Source: Octopus sinensis
Taxonomy: Eukaryota
Direction of reading: 5' to 3'
Length of the DNA: 64,000 nt
Assembly: GCF_006345805.1 (NCBI RefSeq)
Contig: NC_043006.1
Coordinates: forward strand, 25,358,001 to 25,422,000
Position 1 is the first letter of the stretch. Each line of letters starts with the position of its first letter. Shown here one piece after another: positions 62,910 through 64,000 of the stretch. The notes under the pieces were generated by a model. The model saw only the letters and a list, made by a program, of their open reading frames with translations, made no database searches and had not been told where the DNA came from. Position numbers and translations under genes: made by a program.

Positions 62910-63890
62910 GAATTAGTTTCCATGGAAGATGGCAAACATATGCATGTGTGTGTGTAAGAACACACACACACATATATATAAGATCACACAGACACATATA
63001 AGAACAGACATGCCATTCAAACAGATTACAGAGGCCACACACATAGTAATAGACAGACCGAGCCTCAACAGAAAACACAAATGGCACAATAACACCCACC
63101 ACCATCACATCATGCAATACAACTGCTAAAGACAGAAGGGAAAAACAAACAAAAAACATACAAACAGTGTGAAATACACACAAAAGACAAACATGCACAT
63201 ACTTATGATGAAATATAAGAAATAGAGATAAAGATAAATAAGTAAACAAAAAAAGCTATATAAAGGGTACAGATACAAACAATATAGTAAGCAGACCCAT
63301 ATACACACACACAAACACACATACAGTAACTTCACACACGGCTGTAACAACACAAACAACAACAACCACAATGGCAACAACATGAATGAACACACAAACA
63401 CAGAAAGATACAAGAACAATATCAAAATAAGGTCAAGAACAGCAGTAACAGAAGAGAAAATATCAGGGTGGATCAACATATCAAGTATTGGTAGCACTTA
63501 GAGCAACAACTATATAAAGGGCATGAATACAAACAATATAGTAAACAAACCCATATACACACACACACACAATTACACATACAAAATATATATATATGTG
63601 CACATGCATACACACACACACATAGATACAGATGCATATGCATCCACAGATAAGGATACACATCATAGAAATACTAAAGGGTCTAAACAGAACAGGCGGA
63701 TACACATGGATGGAAGAGTTGCGTAAGAGGTCACAGATGTGTGACGGAAGATTTCCAGACAATGAACATATGATAAAATAAGAACAAAGAATAAATATAT
63801 AGTGCACGTGTTTATTTGTCAAGTAAAAAAAAGATGACCATCCCAAGATATAACAATATATATATATGTATATCATCATCATCATCATTT
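62910..63890. repeat. CA-rich low-complexity region with a ~70-bp direct repeat
   Basis: ctatataaaggg...tacaaacaatatagtaa...cccatatacacac occurs near 63257 and near 63510. Confidence 0.75.
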
Positions 63891-64000
63891 ATATATATAT
63901 ATATGTATGTATGTATATATGTATGTATGCACGCATGAGTCACATAAGATCAGCCGTGATGGATATTTAATACTATACATTACAGATAATATGTATGTGT

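Overview
AT-rich, microsatellite-dense animal DNA. The repeat families look like those of an octopus or other coleoid cephalopod (inferred from pattern recognition, not a search). The window lies inside one + strand gene, the polarity scaffold Par-3 (PARD3/bazooka). Seven coding exons join in frame with GT-AG sites: 28564-28668, 33899-34097, 34578-34741, 43769-43957, 55233-55303, 59346-59429 and 62594-62719. They encode most of the N-terminal CR1 oligomerisation domain, the RRxS PAR-1/14-3-3 site and most of PDZ1. The first coding exon (expected MKVTV...) was not found and is presumably upstream; the gene continues past the window end. The introns are filled with dead mobile elements: Penelope-like elements (PLEs), RTE, CR1, Tx1/L1, R4/Dong-like and I/Jockey-like LINEs, mariner, Tc1, Tigger, piggyBac, a hAT MITE, Helitron-like elements and tRNA-derived SINEs. 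The most interesting signal is a set of minimal type I hammerhead ribozymes in PLE terminal repeats. One PLE insertion (42215-42899, 13-bp TSD) has a tRNA-derived Pol III-type head joined to a hammerhead inside its terminal repeat. All three hammerheads on the Par-3 sense strand appear disabled or sequestered, while the antisense copy keeps an intact core. Also notable: an in-frame PLE-RT / R4-endonuclease chimera, a ~234-bp foldback hairpin, a minisatellite seeded at an insertion site, and a candidate recursive splice site. No searches or folding programs were run.
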